Shown: positions 1-12,956 of the stretch, in pieces
Position numbering within the stretch: the stretch's first letter is position 1
Layout of the letters: each line of letters begins with the position of its first letter
Assembly (NCBI GenBank): GCA_038496445.1
Contig: JALMLS010000361.1
Coordinates: 1-64,000 of the forward strand
Reading direction: 5' to 3'
From: Trichosphaerium sp. ATCC 40318
Lineage: Eukaryota > Protista > Tubulinea
Length of the DNA: 64,000 nucleotides
Translations under genes and position numbers: made by a program
The notes under the pieces: model-generated
Told to the model about the DNA's origin: nothing
The model's input: the letters and a program-made list of their open reading frames with translations, nothing else
Databases searched by the model: none

Positions 1-1740
1 AAAACAAAAGGTGTATTCTCCGAATTACAAATCTCACGGGAACCAGTTATTTTCAGATAATCAAGAAAATGTCTTAGTTGGCTATTGTTTGAGCTTTAGC
101 TCTTTGCACAAGCCTCTGCCACGTTCTTCTGTGATATCTATGGCATCAGCTCTTTATTTGAAAAAGAAGAAGTCTAGTTTGGAAGCTTGGTATGACGGAT
201 TTGTGAAAAGGCACTCGGATATTCTCAAAGAGTCAATTTCAAAACCAATTCGGGCATGTAGGGTATCCAACAACCTGTTAGAAGATGTCACAGGGTGGTG
301 TGATATGTATGAGAAGTTTCAAGATCACAATGTGATGAATCCTGATCTGATGTTCAATGTTGATGAAAAATTATTTACTGAACGAAGTGATGGCCTTAAA
401 TATGTTACCCTAGAAGATAGAATGAAAAAAATTGGAGGAACAGTCACCACCAAAACAAGCAAGCCACTGACGTTGATTCCGTTTATTTCAGCATCAGGGA
501 AGGTTTTGGTGACGATTTACATTATGGCAGCTAAAAATAAAGGTGACACTCAAAACATCACCAATTTGGCCATACCAAAACCTTCCAAGACTCGATCTTC
601 ATGGCCCAGATACTATGTATGTCATGAGAATGGATATGTGACCAACGAAATTTGGCCAAAAATTCTTGATGTATTTTTACATCACCTAAAAGAAATCCAA
701 GGTGACCGAACTGCCTTTTTATTTTTGGATCGTTTGGCAAGCCACATCAACACTGAATCTCTTCAAAAGTGTCTTAAACAGAATGTACAAACTGTTACCT
801 GGGTGCCTCATACCTCACATTTTGCACAACCATTGGATGACAAGCCATTTGCAAACTTGGCTAGAGCTTATACAAAATTTCGAAAACAAAAGGCTCAAAG
901 AGGAATGGAGACCAGACAAAAGGCTTGTTCTTATGATTTTATATCTCTAGAGGCAGCAGAGAGCGAAGCCTTCACCAAAAAAATCCTAACTTCCTCATGG
1001 AAAGCCGTTGGTGTGCTACCATATGACAGGAATTTGATTCTAAAAAATGTTTCTGAAAATATTGGGCAACCTTCAGATGAAACACTTTCTGACCTTCCTG
1101 ATGATGTTTTGAAAGCAAAAATCGCTATGGATGCTGTAATGACAGAGGAGGTGCCTAAAAAAGAAATGAAACTTGGATCAGTGAGGATGATAAAGAATCA
1201 CATGTACATTGGAGAAGAACTTGTTCAATTTGCTGAAAGCCAGAAAAAAAAAGAAGAACAGGAGCAAAATCAAAAGGCAAAGGAGAGGCGCATTAAATTA
1301 GATGAGAGAGAGAAAAAAAATCAAGAAAAAGAAGCAAAAAGAGCTGAGAGAGAAGAGCAAAAAAAAATCCGAGAGAATCAAAAAAAATTGAAGCTTCTCA
1401 AAAGAGGTTTGTCCGTGAAAAAACAACCTGCCGTGTATGTCACACCAAAGTATGCAGAGGAGGGCGTAATTGGATGTGGTGTGAGCAGTGTAATCAATTT
1501 GGTAGTTGCCCTGGATGTGTTCAAAAAAAATTTGGCAAAGAATTAATTGAAAATCACGGGTTAGATTGTCCAGGTGGAGAACCTTATGAGATCTGGATCA
1601 CAAAGCAGTAGTAAAGCACTTGTTAAAATATCAAGTAATAAAAAGTCTTTTGTTAGGAGTAAAAGTCATTTTATTGTACAAAAACAAGATTTTTTTTTGC
1701 TACAAAATACCTAGTTTGCTACAAAATAGCCACTTGACTA
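1..1740 (+). mobile_element. Right portion of a Tc1/mariner-pogo DNA transposon
   Basis: Transposase followed by twin subterminal repeats TTTGCTACAAAATA (1696-1709, 1715-1728) and a putative end before TA 1739-1740. The left TIR is not in the window, so the end is unconfirmed. Confidence 0.6.
11..1611 (+). CDS. pogo/Fot-like DDE_1 transposase (DD35D), 5' end beyond window; Cys-rich zinc-finger C-terminus in -1 frame
   Basis: Intronless ORF with FNVDE, LFLDRLASH and QPLD motifs (35 residues between D2 and D3). The -1 frame after the A8 run at 1380-1387 reads CRVC..WMWCEQC..CPGC..H, ending at TAG 1609-1611. Confidence 0.9.
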
Positions 1741-2721
1741 ATTCACATTCGCTGGAATTACGACAGTGGAAGAATTGTAATCGCTGACAACACTTCGGAA
1801 AAACAGTACCAATCCCAAAAATGACCACATACTTAAAATAACTCGTTCTACAGGCCAGTGATATTGTCACTACACAATGAAGTTTCCCTAGCTTGAATAC
1901 TGTAACAGATATATTAGATATACATGACAAGAAAATCGAGGGATCTCCAAGTGCGTTTTTTACAATACTTTTTATTCAATCAAAAAACTAGTTGACATTT
2001 TATGAAAGAAAACTGTGAGCTCGGAAGTGTATCTTACAAAAATATCCTCAATTGCATGCCTTGTTACTCCGGAACCTTTGCAAATGAGACAACACAACCT
2101 GAATGTACACTTTTTACGAGAGGAAGTGCAAACCTAAAAGAAGGACAAAGCAAGTGCAAACTTTGTGAACGCGCTAATATGCAAACTCAACGTACGTGTT
2201 CTAGGTAATTTCTGATTAAGGCCCTCCATCTAATGAATTCTTAGTGGGCAGAATAGGTGTGATTTTTGTCCTTACCCTCTTTACTCACATGAACGATCAG
2301 TAAAGTGCTCCGCATGCGATCCAGGATCAATCAGAACAGAAAACAAAGATGGTTGTATTAAGGTAACTCCTTCATACTTGTACGTAGTAGTAGGCACTAC
2401 TTGAAAACAATAGTGTCAACCAGGAAGTTACCAAGATGGTGGCATGTGCTTTTCTTGTAATATTTTAACATCTAAAGAAGGTGTTACAGCATGTAAAGTT
2501 GGTACGCTATGATTCTCACTAAATTCTTATTCGTTTTGTGTTACTAAAACAAGTAGTAATTTTCTAACGTTGCTCCTTCAAGTACCTTGGTATCTATATG
2601 CTGCTGGAGGTGGTATTGTTGGCATACTTGAGGTGTGATCTAACGTTTGTTTAAAACTATAGCAATCATCCTTATCGCAAGATGCGTTAAAAAGAAGCGT
2701 ACCATCAACAAGTTTAATTAA
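1741..2721 (+). pseudogene. 3' remnant of a Cys-rich single-pass membrane protein gene (CxxCxxG repeats)
   Basis: Spliced exons read CMPCYSGTF, CSACDPGS, CQPGSYQ, then a TM segment (WYLYAAGGGIVGIL..IILIA) and RCVKKKR. In-frame stop near 1878, frameshift near 2175 and no start; abuts the transposon end. Confidence 0.6.
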
Positions 2722-3008
2722 AATGAACCCTTAGTTCTACTACAAGTATTTATTTTATAGATGGTGACTGCGTCACATGGTTGAAACATGTTTTTGCTGT
2801 TTAAAACTTCCATAACAAAGCAACACCTTTTCAATGGTAAAGAAAGCTTACAATTTATAACGCAGAGGCACTCAAAGCAGAGTCAACGCGGCACATTAGA
2901 CAAGTGGATTTGGATTAGGGATTGTAGTAGCGCTTAAAAATAACTCGAGATGCAAGAGTTGCTGCCAGTAGTGGCAAACCAAACCTTTACGGATTTTTTA
3001 TTGGTTAT

Positions 3009-3729
3009 CTATTTAGTCAAGCAAATGTCAGATGCTGGTATACACTTTCCGTTGCACTCCCAACACACACCCCATTTACCACAAACACTGTTAGGTAAGC
3101 TAAGGCAAGCATTACTAATTAACACTTTCGAAACCTTCGCAGGTTTTGGTGCTGAGCATGAAATCTTGTTTGAAGTGCAGTGATCGACGCCGCAGTAGTT
3201 ACAGAAAGAAGTTGCTTTGCAAATAGTGTCTGTGAGTCTAGGACAAGATATAGCGGCGAAAGAGTCTGTTGCTTGGTTACTATGATGCGAAACCCACTCA
3301 GCAGCTTTGCTTAGCGTGTCGGTCAAACTTTGTCCGTTCTTCGCTGAAATTGTTGGTCAGTTAAAACGTTGTGGTTTGGCCGATCGTGTCGGGTTTTTCT
3401 ACTTACGTGTGTCTGGGATTTGCGTTGGGTTCGCTGGATCGTCGCTGCCTGAAACGCGTTCATGGTGGCCAACTGTGGTTCTCTTGTGATAGTCTTTATT
3501 GAAGAGGCGTAGAGTCATTACACTGCCGAGAACGATAAGGACAACAAACGTGAGAGTCGCCTAGGGAGAAAAGAGTGAGCCGAGCAAAGAACAGGATTAA
3601 TTCGATCATATTTAGTTCCTTTTCAAAATAAAAAGATACTGCAGCAAATAAAGAGTTCCAGTCGCGCTGGAGAGTAAGAAATAAAAAAAAAAGATAAAAG
3701 GGCCGTAAATTCCACGTACCATTAAGCAT
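3009..3729 (-). CDS. Small Cys-rich protein with N-terminal hydrophobic anchor
   Basis: Three exons joined by GT-AG introns: MLM|ATLTFVVLIVLGSV..|KNGQSLTDTL..CNYCGVDHC..CWECNGKC. Confidence 0.6.
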
Positions 3730-4210
3730 GCTACTTTAGAGCGTCTGCGTTGGTTATAACTGTTTGCTAAATATCGTTAATTTACAACGTTAAAAAATTA
3801 TGCCAATGATCCTTGAAACAGATATTTTTATCGTAGTACTCACCTACTTGTAGTTGTTCCATTTGGGGTTATGTTTGGAGTTAAAAGAACTTTCTTTGAC
3901 TACAAAACCAACTTTATTTCTTCTTGTACAAATTAATCACGTGATCACAACCGGTTTTGTTATTCATCTCACTAGACTACACCCTTTACTCAAATTTACA
4001 GGTACTGTGAATTGTGTAAGGAAGCACAGCTCAAAGATTTGGTAGCGAGTCAAGACCGCTTCCTTGTAGGCTTTACTGCACTTGTACTCCGAAACAAGCG
4101 CAAAAGTGGACTCTGTTAGGCGAGGTAATATTGTATTATTTTTAAATGGAATGTACAAATACAAAAGACGCCTGGGTCATTTACAACCACCGTTAGTTTG
4201 GTGGGTTTGG

Positions 4211-6210
4211 TTATAATATGTTCAGTGTTTTTTTTTGTTGTTTTATTGTTTGCGAAGATCCCAGATCTGAAACTACTTCTGGAGGCACAACAACATTTTT
4301 TAAAGGTTGTGTACCTTCAGTTCTGCGTTGTAACGCAGCAAAGAAATAAGTATCACTACGGAGAATATAAAAACCGAATGATAAAGCAACCAAACAAACA
4401 AAGGATGCACCAACAATGTCAACAAAGTAATGATACCGATTGATTATAGCTGACAGCACAATCAGTATACCAGCAACGAAAGAAACCTGTTAAAAAAGGT
4501 AAGACTCTAGTGATGTCAAGGTGTGGCAAAGTACGGCATTTCGCTTTGGAAGGAATAAAAAAAAGAAAAAGTACAAAAATATTTTAAGCAAGTGGCTTGT
4601 GTTGAAGTCTGTGACATTTCGTGTGAATAGTACCTTGCCATATAGTTTTACAAATCTTGCACGGATAGGTATAAACCCGAACAAGTTAAAGTCAAAGTCA
4701 AAACCATAAGCACTAAAAACATAGGTCAGTGGAAAAACCATGTAAAAAAGGCTGAGAATTAAACAAAATTTTGGACATTGAGTGGGTACCTCAACAAGAA
4801 TAATCCGTAGCATCCTGCAACCATACTCTCGCCTTTTATTTGAATATGTCATTTTCATCAAGTATTGGATAGAGACGTACTTGCATGACCAGAAGGAAAA
4901 GTACCAAAACTTGCATCATCTTTTACTGTTCGAAGTGGTTTGGTAAGAAAAAATCCTTCTAATTCGTGTTTATACTGATCTTGAATATATAACCGCGGTG
5001 ACTTCCCAGGGAACGAAAAATTAAGTAAGAAATTAAAATAATATGCAAAGAGCCAACCACACAGATACATCTTTAGAGCTAAAGAATATAAGTAAGAACT
5101 TCGATGCATTTTAATCACGTGACATACTACTACGTACCTTTAAGTTCTAACATATCGCTCTCTCTTCCTTTAGTACGAGAAGAAACAAAGTACCTAACAA
5201 ACACATTAAAAAGATCCTAACCAAGTCTTGCTAAAACCTCAACGAAAAAAATAAAACCAACAAAACTTGTGTTCTGAATTGGTAACGCTAGCTGCAACTT
5301 TTTGTTTAGCATCACGTGCAACACGAAAGAAATAGCTATTTTGCGAGACTAAAATTCATCGTTGTCCTACAGCTTGCACATACCTTGCTAACAATAATGC
5401 CAAGGTAATATATCCCCAACCATAATAACTAAAGTACATGATTTGAAAAAACTCTGTGATAAGCTTTCCCAAAAAAGTGGTTGGATTAAACCAAGCGCTT
5501 TGATCAAGCCAAAGAGCAAACTGACCCTGAGGAAATACCCTAAAAAGCAGTAAGAACAAAGGAATTCTTTTTTACCGTTTTTTCTTGTATTTACAGAAAA
5601 CAAATACAAAAAAAACGTGCCAGCCTAGTACTGCATCATCAAAGGCCAACAAACTAGCGTCAACCATTTCTCTGGGGTGCCGTGCAACACAAGGACCAAC
5701 TGCCAAAAAAAATGCTGGTACTGTGCATCCTAGAAGCACGCAAATGACACAATCGTTGTAACTGTAGCGTGTGAGTGTCAATTTCGTTGTTGGCGGCGGA
5801 AATAATTGTAATTGTAGTTTTCCGTCTGCCTTTTTTTTTTTTGGGGCGTTTGGGGAGTATCTACGTACAGTAGCCACATTGGTGGGTCGTTCATTTGGCA
5901 TAACATTACTCGGATAATGAGTGTGAGCGCAATCAACGACGAAACTAGCAGAGCTGCAGTAGAACCTATTGTTCTACTATCTCCAGCGTAAAAGAAGGTA
6001 ATGGGTCCATATCTAAAGACACTTAACCAAAATGTTGTGCATGGCTTCCAGACAACGCATTTACGCATTAGGGAGCGTCGGTAGTCAATCAGATACGTAC
6101 AAAATGGCAATCAAGATTAGAAATCCCCAGTGCCACGCAAGGTGTTCTGTTACGCTATATGCGCTGGCTACATCTGGTTCAAGGCTTACACTGGAAATAC
6201 TACGTTTCAT
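4211..6210 (-). CDS. PAP2-superfamily membrane phosphotransferase (Aur1/IPC-synthase-like)
   Basis: Multi-exon and multi-TM, with motifs P.KSPR, FPSGHAS and RYHYFVD. Confidence 0.8.
5540..5620 (-). other. GC-AG intron (GCACGTTT)
   Basis: Restores LGW|VFPQGQF in the PAP2 gene. Confidence 0.75.
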
Positions 6211-6343
6211 TGTTACAAAGCCCTATAATTTCACTCCCATGCGCTTGTTTTATACGTGTTAGCGCCTATAAGCTCCAACAGGTGGTCAAATAAGGTCTGC
6301 ACAAAAAAAACGTTAAACTGTGTATTTAATTATACTAGCAACT

Positions 6344-7567
6344 ATGGCAGCACCTGCACCTCGCCTTTTTAGTATTTCAGATGTACACGTTGATTTTGAA
6401 GGTTCTCGCTTGTAGACGTTGCAAAATATTTATCTAATGTCTAGGTAACAGAAATTGGCTCACGGAGCTGTCTAAAACGGCATATCAACAAGATTACGTA
6501 CGTTTCACGTGAAATATAATTACATAAAACTAAACGCGCTAGGTTATCGTCGCAGGTGATGTAAGCCATATAATGAGCAGGTTGAGGACATTCTTTATCG
6601 AAATGAAGCAAAGGTAACAAAGTGAGCACAAGAACTTTCTTCATTTATTTTTAAGGTTCAAAGAAGTCTTTTATGTCCCAGGAAATCATGAATTGTGGAT
6701 CCATCAGCATGCCAAAGATAGCATAGAGAAATTTAATATGATCATAGCACTATGTGCTGAACTAGGCACGTGACAAAACAAATTCTGCAACGTAGTTGAG
6801 AAAAAAAGCGAAGTTTATTGACATTCACTTTAGGTGTTATTACAACACCAAAAAAGTTAGGTACAGTAAATCCTGTTTGGGTGGTACCTATGTTTTCTTG
6901 GTACAGAGAGGATTTTGATACAGACGAGTCAACAAAAAATGAGATAATCCAAAGTTGGGGTGATTTCGCTCATTGGTATTTCTTCTTTTTTTTCTTCTTG
7001 CTTCGCGTGCTTCGATGTGATAAACTGTCTTTTAATATTTACTTGTAGTATTTGGCCAGAAGAATACTTAAACCCGAACTCAAAGACACCAAGAGCACCT
7101 AAAGGAACTCCAGATGACTACTTTATAAGCCTCAATGATCAAAATATTAAAAAATATGATGCTCCCGTGATTTCTTTCAGCCATTTCTTACCACGTATCG
7201 AATGTATACCGCCAAAATCTGTACTATGGATAAAGTACTTACCAAAGGTTATTGGTACATATAAGCTAGAAGAACAGATAAGAGTACGTAACCTTAAATT
7301 CACTTTCTTTGAAAAAACCCAAAAATTCAAAAAATGAGACTAACATCCTGTTCACAGAAACTGGGCTCAACTGTTCATGTTTTCGGCCATACACATATAA
7401 ACTGGGATAAAACAATAGACGGCATTAGATACTATCAAAAGTCATTAAAGTACCCTTCAGAGAGGAAAACACTTGGTATTAAACACGGAACAACAGCACT
7501 AGAACAAATGATTATATGGCATGACTCTACAGAACCGCTAGGACAATCATACTGTTCTGTAGTATAA
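6344..7567 (+). CDS. Calcineurin-like metallophosphoesterase
   Basis: SDVH, AGDV, PGNHE, SHFLP and FGHTH motifs lie across the spliced exons. Confidence 0.9.
6766..6833 (+). other. GC-AG intron (GCACGTGA)
   Basis: Restores CAELG|VITTP in the metallophosphoesterase. Confidence 0.85.
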
Positions 7568-7802
7568 CCTTAGTCCTAAGTGACCTCGTTACTGGTAATT
7601 ACAATTCAACAATGCAAAACAATCTTGCACTAGAATAAAATCTTTGTTTAATCAACCTGGGTTGAGTTGTTTTATTTGCTTTGATGCAACAGTATTTACA
7701 AGTGTTTTTTGGTTTTTGTAGTCAGCTACAATAATACCTTTTTATCATGTTTTGTACATGGTAATAAGGCTTCTGGTATAGCGTCAAGCTCGTTCCGGTT
7801 TC

Positions 7803-10546
7803 TTATTTCAAACGAGCGTATTGATCAAATAAGTCAGAGAAGTGCTTATCATCCTCATCAGAAGGATTCTTAAGCTGCTTAGTATCACTCTCACTATCGT
7901 ATTCGTCTGCTGGTACAAACGCAGGTAAAGGTCTGTGACCCTTCTTAGGCTGTGTATAACTACTGTGAGATTCACGTCGGGCAGGTAGCGACGGTAGATT
8001 TCGACTAGGAGGACCACTACGTGGTGTTAAAGTCTGACCACTACGCGGTGTCAAAGATGGGCCGCTACGCGGTGTTAAGGGAGGTATGCTTCTGGGCGTT
8101 AAGGAAGCTCCACTTCTGGGTGTTGAAGGTTGGTCGTCTCTATCAACTTTCGGACTTTTCTGAAGTTGTTGCTTAAGCATCAGGCGAAGGTCTGGTTTTG
8201 CAGCTGATTCACCTACATCTCGTATATATAGGTCATCATCTATCTCAGGGTTATCCCTTACAAGTTTTTGAACTGTTTTTGTAACACTGTTATCATCTGC
8301 AAGAGAAACTGTGTTTCTCAATATTCTTGATTTAAGAGGAAAGAAAAAGTCATATTTCTCTATCAGCATCTTAACTATACAACTTGCTAGTCTTGTATGC
8401 TCGAATGCAGCAACACCTGAAATTGCAGAGTTTTCTGGAGGACCAATCAAATTAGGAGCCTAAGAGAGCACAGTTTTAGCAAAACGCCAAGAAAAAAAAA
8501 GAATAACGTTAGCTACTAGTTACTACTAGCAGCTAAACATCATTTTGTGTACCATTATTAAAGCTAGATTATCTGCGTCCATTAAATTAGTTTTACTCCT
8601 GTAAAGGTATGTTAGATAGGAACTTGGTATGTATGCCAGAACAAAAAGAAAAACAGAAACGCACTCTAAAGCAACAGAGTTTAACATTTGTATAACCCTT
8701 TCTAGTGTATTCCTATTTGCGTTTGGCATACTTCTTATAAGTTTACCAACAATAGAAAGCCGTTCTTCCTCATCCTTAATCTCTGATAATGGAATTAGAT
8801 AAACAATGAAGAAGTTTGCGTGTGATCAGCGAGAAAAAATAATCCGAGAAAAACATACTTGTAGTAGCTATAATAGGGTAATAAAGATCATGCGTCATTA
8901 AAGGCTCTGGAAGGGACCGTAAAAATAGTTTAAGCAAGCTACATACTGTAGGTATAGAATAAAGATCTAAATTATACTTCCCTAGACGTCTAATAAGCCA
9001 TTTGTTCAAAAAAAAAATACTTCAAAAAAAAAAAGTCGTACCACTATCTATTTCTTCTCGTAGCGTCTCCAGGTCACCTGAAGGCCCAGATATCCGGAAC
9101 ATGCCCTCAAAGTGTAGGTTTTCGCTTAGTCTCTTAGATATTTGTATTACAAGGTCGGGTACATATGTCACCTATCACGTGTTAGTAAGTACAAAAGCAC
9201 GTGAAAAAAAAAAGAGAAAAATTTTGTACCCTTTTTCTATCGCGGAATAAAATGGACTCCAATGGTACACCAAAGATTTTGCTGTCTTGTGGACCTGTGC
9301 ATAAAAACTTAGTAAAGAATATGGTTGTTTTTTTGGAAGTCTCGCTCTTATTCTTGTAACAGCTATTACAATATTAAACATACGTGGAACCCATGAGTTT
9401 CTCTTTGATGTAATGTTTTTACGGCGTTTATCAGCATAATCCTTATACTTTTGGATTTGAGGCATTATTTCATTTATCCTCTTTGCTCCGTTCTCAAAGT
9501 ACGTCTTGTAACCATCCAAGTATAGACACATGGCTTCGAGAAGCTCATATTCACATACATTACTAATAGCCTAAAGAAAAACAGTAAACACAAGGCTGAA
9601 ACCAAGAAAATGGGCACTGAGCGAAATAAATTTCATAAAAAGTTTGGCACTGCAACAAGTTGTACTGCGTACACGGAGTGTATTTTCAGTTTCTTGTTGT
9701 ATATTGTGGTACTCAGCTACATAGTTATCCGTTACATCCTATAAGGGTTACATTTAAATAAAGATACATTTTCGATTATTTGGCTCTAAGGTTACCTTCT
9801 TAGCTCCTTTTCGCCTTAGTTTATCACCAATAGATTTTTTCTACGCATGGTGAGTACAAGGAAATAGGTTTAACCAAAAAAACGGAAAAACGTCCAAAAA
9901 AGCTTTTAGAGCGCTTTATTCTTGCCTGTTTGTCGTAACGTGATTTATGCGACTTTGCATCATTTATTTCATTGCTTAGAAGCCCTTTGAGACCGTAATT
10001 AATCTCATTTTCAACTTGTTTTACTAGCTCAAGACGAAGATCACCAAGGGCGGCTTGAAACATTGCTATGTCATTGAGACATCCTAATCGGAGCGTTAAA
10101 TCAAAACGGAAATCTTGACCCTTTTTTGTTGGTACCGAGTGGATTTATAGCGCCTGTAATAGGAATATTATACTGTCCTTGTAAACTAGATGCCTCCTTG
10201 AGCGTTGTTGAGAACATATTACCTGTTTAGGTTAGCACCCAATTAAGCTTGTAACGTTGCTATCTGGTACCTTCATGTAGTACGTCTAAGCGATATTAGC
10301 GACTAAAAAGCACAAACTGTAATTACAGCTCAGAAAATTAATAACACTGAAACCTTGGCGCTCTGTGCTATTGAAACTTGATTTGGTACCTTTTAAAGAT
10401 TTTAAATTTTTGGAAAATCCCTTTGTTAACTTGCGTAGCACTTGATTGTAGTAGTCTATCTTGCTTTCGCATATTGTCATCTGTTGTGGTGCTTCTAATG
10501 TAACGCCTGCATTTTCTTTTGTTCTTTTGGTTATTTTGCTGCGCAT
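7803..10546 (-). CDS. BAR-domain RhoGAP with Pro/Ser-rich tail
   Basis: Helical N-terminal BAR-like region, EGMFRISG arginine finger, LLKLFLRSLPEPL and NLMDADNLA. Confidence 0.85.
8010..8122 (-). repeat. 24-bp coding tandem repeat, TPRS x5
   Basis: Translation STPRSGASLTPRSIPPLTPRSGPSLTPRSGQTLTPRSG. Confidence 0.85.
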
Positions 10547-10730
10547 GACGATCGTTTAGTCAGTGTATTGGCACAAAGCCTTTGATTTGGTACAAAAAGT
10601 ATAATAGGATAATATATTTGCGTTTGGGTTAGCGTATGCGTTTGTGCTATCTGGTGGCTGTACTAAAATTGCTTTGAGTGCGGTTAAGCTGTCAGAGTGT
10701 TTTAGATTAAGTACTGGCGTCGGCAAAGCG

Positions 10731-11965
10731 ATGACGGAACGTACAACGCGTAATGCACAGATAATTAAACAGGTTGAGTACTATTTCAGCGATGAAAACC
10801 TTGTTCAAGACAAACATTTGCAACAACAAATGGCAGGCAACTCAGGACACTGTATGTATTATTTTACGCGTCAGTATTAATTTACAATGCCCTAGATGTA
10901 CCAATTGAAGTACTGTTATCATTCAACAAGTTAAAAACGCTTGGAGCAACCAACGAAGACCTATGCGAAGCAATACGGTACATTGACATTAATGTTGACA
11001 AGTGCTAATTGATTCAGCCAATCTAAAACGCTAGAACTTGGTTCTGATGGTATCAGTTTGAGGAGAAAAGGCGGTAAAATGCCAACAATAACACTAGAGC
11101 AAATGTCAAAGCGCTCCATTTACGTCGTGCGTTTGCAACCCTCTCTTAGTTAATGTTACGCTATTGACGCAATAATTAGGAGGGTTTTAGCCGAAAAGAG
11201 CTTGAGCACGACAGTCTTGAACGAATATTTTCAAAACATGGCGTAGTACGCGATGTAAGGTACTTGTATGCGCTGTAGCGCTATTTTATGTCTCAGATTG
11301 TTAACCTTACTTGTGCAGGGTACCACGATTCAGAGATAGTATGGTACCGCGCGGATTTGCCTTCATTATATTCGCGGATGAAGGTAGCGCGTCAAAAGCG
11401 GTTAAAGCGTATGAGAAAGAGACAATGACGCCAGAAAACCCAAAAAACATTTTTTCAAAGTGAGTACTTTATTGTGACATGCAATGCGAGTCTGACGTTG
11501 TGGTTTTTGTAGGGAGCGTTGGACAAGACTGAAGGAAGAGTAGTGCGTTGCTTTTTATCTTTAATTTAGTGTATCTTGGCTGACATTGTGAAAACAAAGT
11601 CTAGAACAGACAGGAAGAAGTTTTAAGCGAAAACATAAAGGACAGAAAGGAAAGAATTCTAGCTTACCTCAAGTATATTCAGGTACAACATCTTCTGTAA
11701 AAGAAGGTGGTCCGACTAAAAAGAGGGTAAGTCATTATAACAACAGAAGTCATAACTAAGACACTTCGTCTAGAAAGTAAATCAAAATGGCACAGAAAAA
11801 AATGAGAAAAAACATAGTGGAGGTAGTAGTTCACCAGTTTGCTTTTTTCACTATCAAACCCTTTATTAACACCTTTTTTCAGACACCGAAGAGAACAACG
11901 AAAAATCTCAAACGACACAACACGTTTTTTTTGCCGACTCTGATGACGATGATGTCGAAATGTAA
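10731..11965 (+). CDS. La-motif + RRM protein (La/LARP family)
   Basis: KQVEYYFSDENL.QDKHL and VPIEVLLSFNKLK (La motif); RSIYV and RGFAFIIF (RRM). Confidence 0.85.
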
Positions 11966-12956
11966 ATAAAGTCAAACCAAACAAAACAATGCAGTGCTTG
12001 CAAATCTAACGCGCAAACCTGTGTCTCCAAGCTATTATAGGGGCACTGGTGCTTTTCATTTATGCGCTATTAGTAATAATGCTGTTTATGTTTGATCAAC
12101 TGGTTTCATCGACATGTACCCGCAACATGTCGGTTTATCGCAAAATGAAATTTGACTTTGACTTTTTAGCTACTCATTTTACACGTGATTTTTCCTACAC
12201 CATTCTCTTTTTAAACTTCTTCGAGATATTAAAAAAAAACAATCAGAGAGCAACATAAATTTGCGCTAGTACATAAAAGGTAATAAGACAAGTTATGTGG
12301 TTTTTTTGATACCTTAGCTGTGTATTCGTATTTTCACATCGGTCGGCGTACTTGCATATTTACGCTTGTGCGCTAGCAAATAACTCTATTGTTGTCGTCG
12401 GTTCATCGTATTTTGGTAGTGCTGTGGAAATCTCGAGTTATAGTTATAAATACAAAATAGGAAGTCAAGCACTATCCTTAAAAACTCTCCGTTCCCATTA
12501 ACAAAGAGTCAGTGACTGGTATCCCTTACCTAAAACTATCGCTAAGTGATTTCTTCATAAGAAATGCACTTATTGTTCATTGTTTTTCCTCACTGTAATC
12601 GAACAGGTATCCATTTATAGTCCTTTGAAGAGCAATGAAATACTTTTATTCGAAATGCTATATTAAAATAAACGTGCTTTTTCGCTATCCACCGAAACGA
12701 ATTACACAACTAGCGTCTAAAATTTCCCCGTATTTCGCTGATAGACGAGTTACGGAGACTATAGCAGTTAAGCATTATTTCTGTTTGTAAAAAATAGCCC
12801 GCTTTCTGCGCAACTTATCTCATTCTAAGTGCACATTGTGTATAGGAATACACCCGCTTTGGTTCACATTTACTTGGACGAATTATTTTGCGCTAGTATT
12901 GTCATTATTACTAATATCAAACATCAAACGTAACGCACCTTTATCACGTGACAAAA

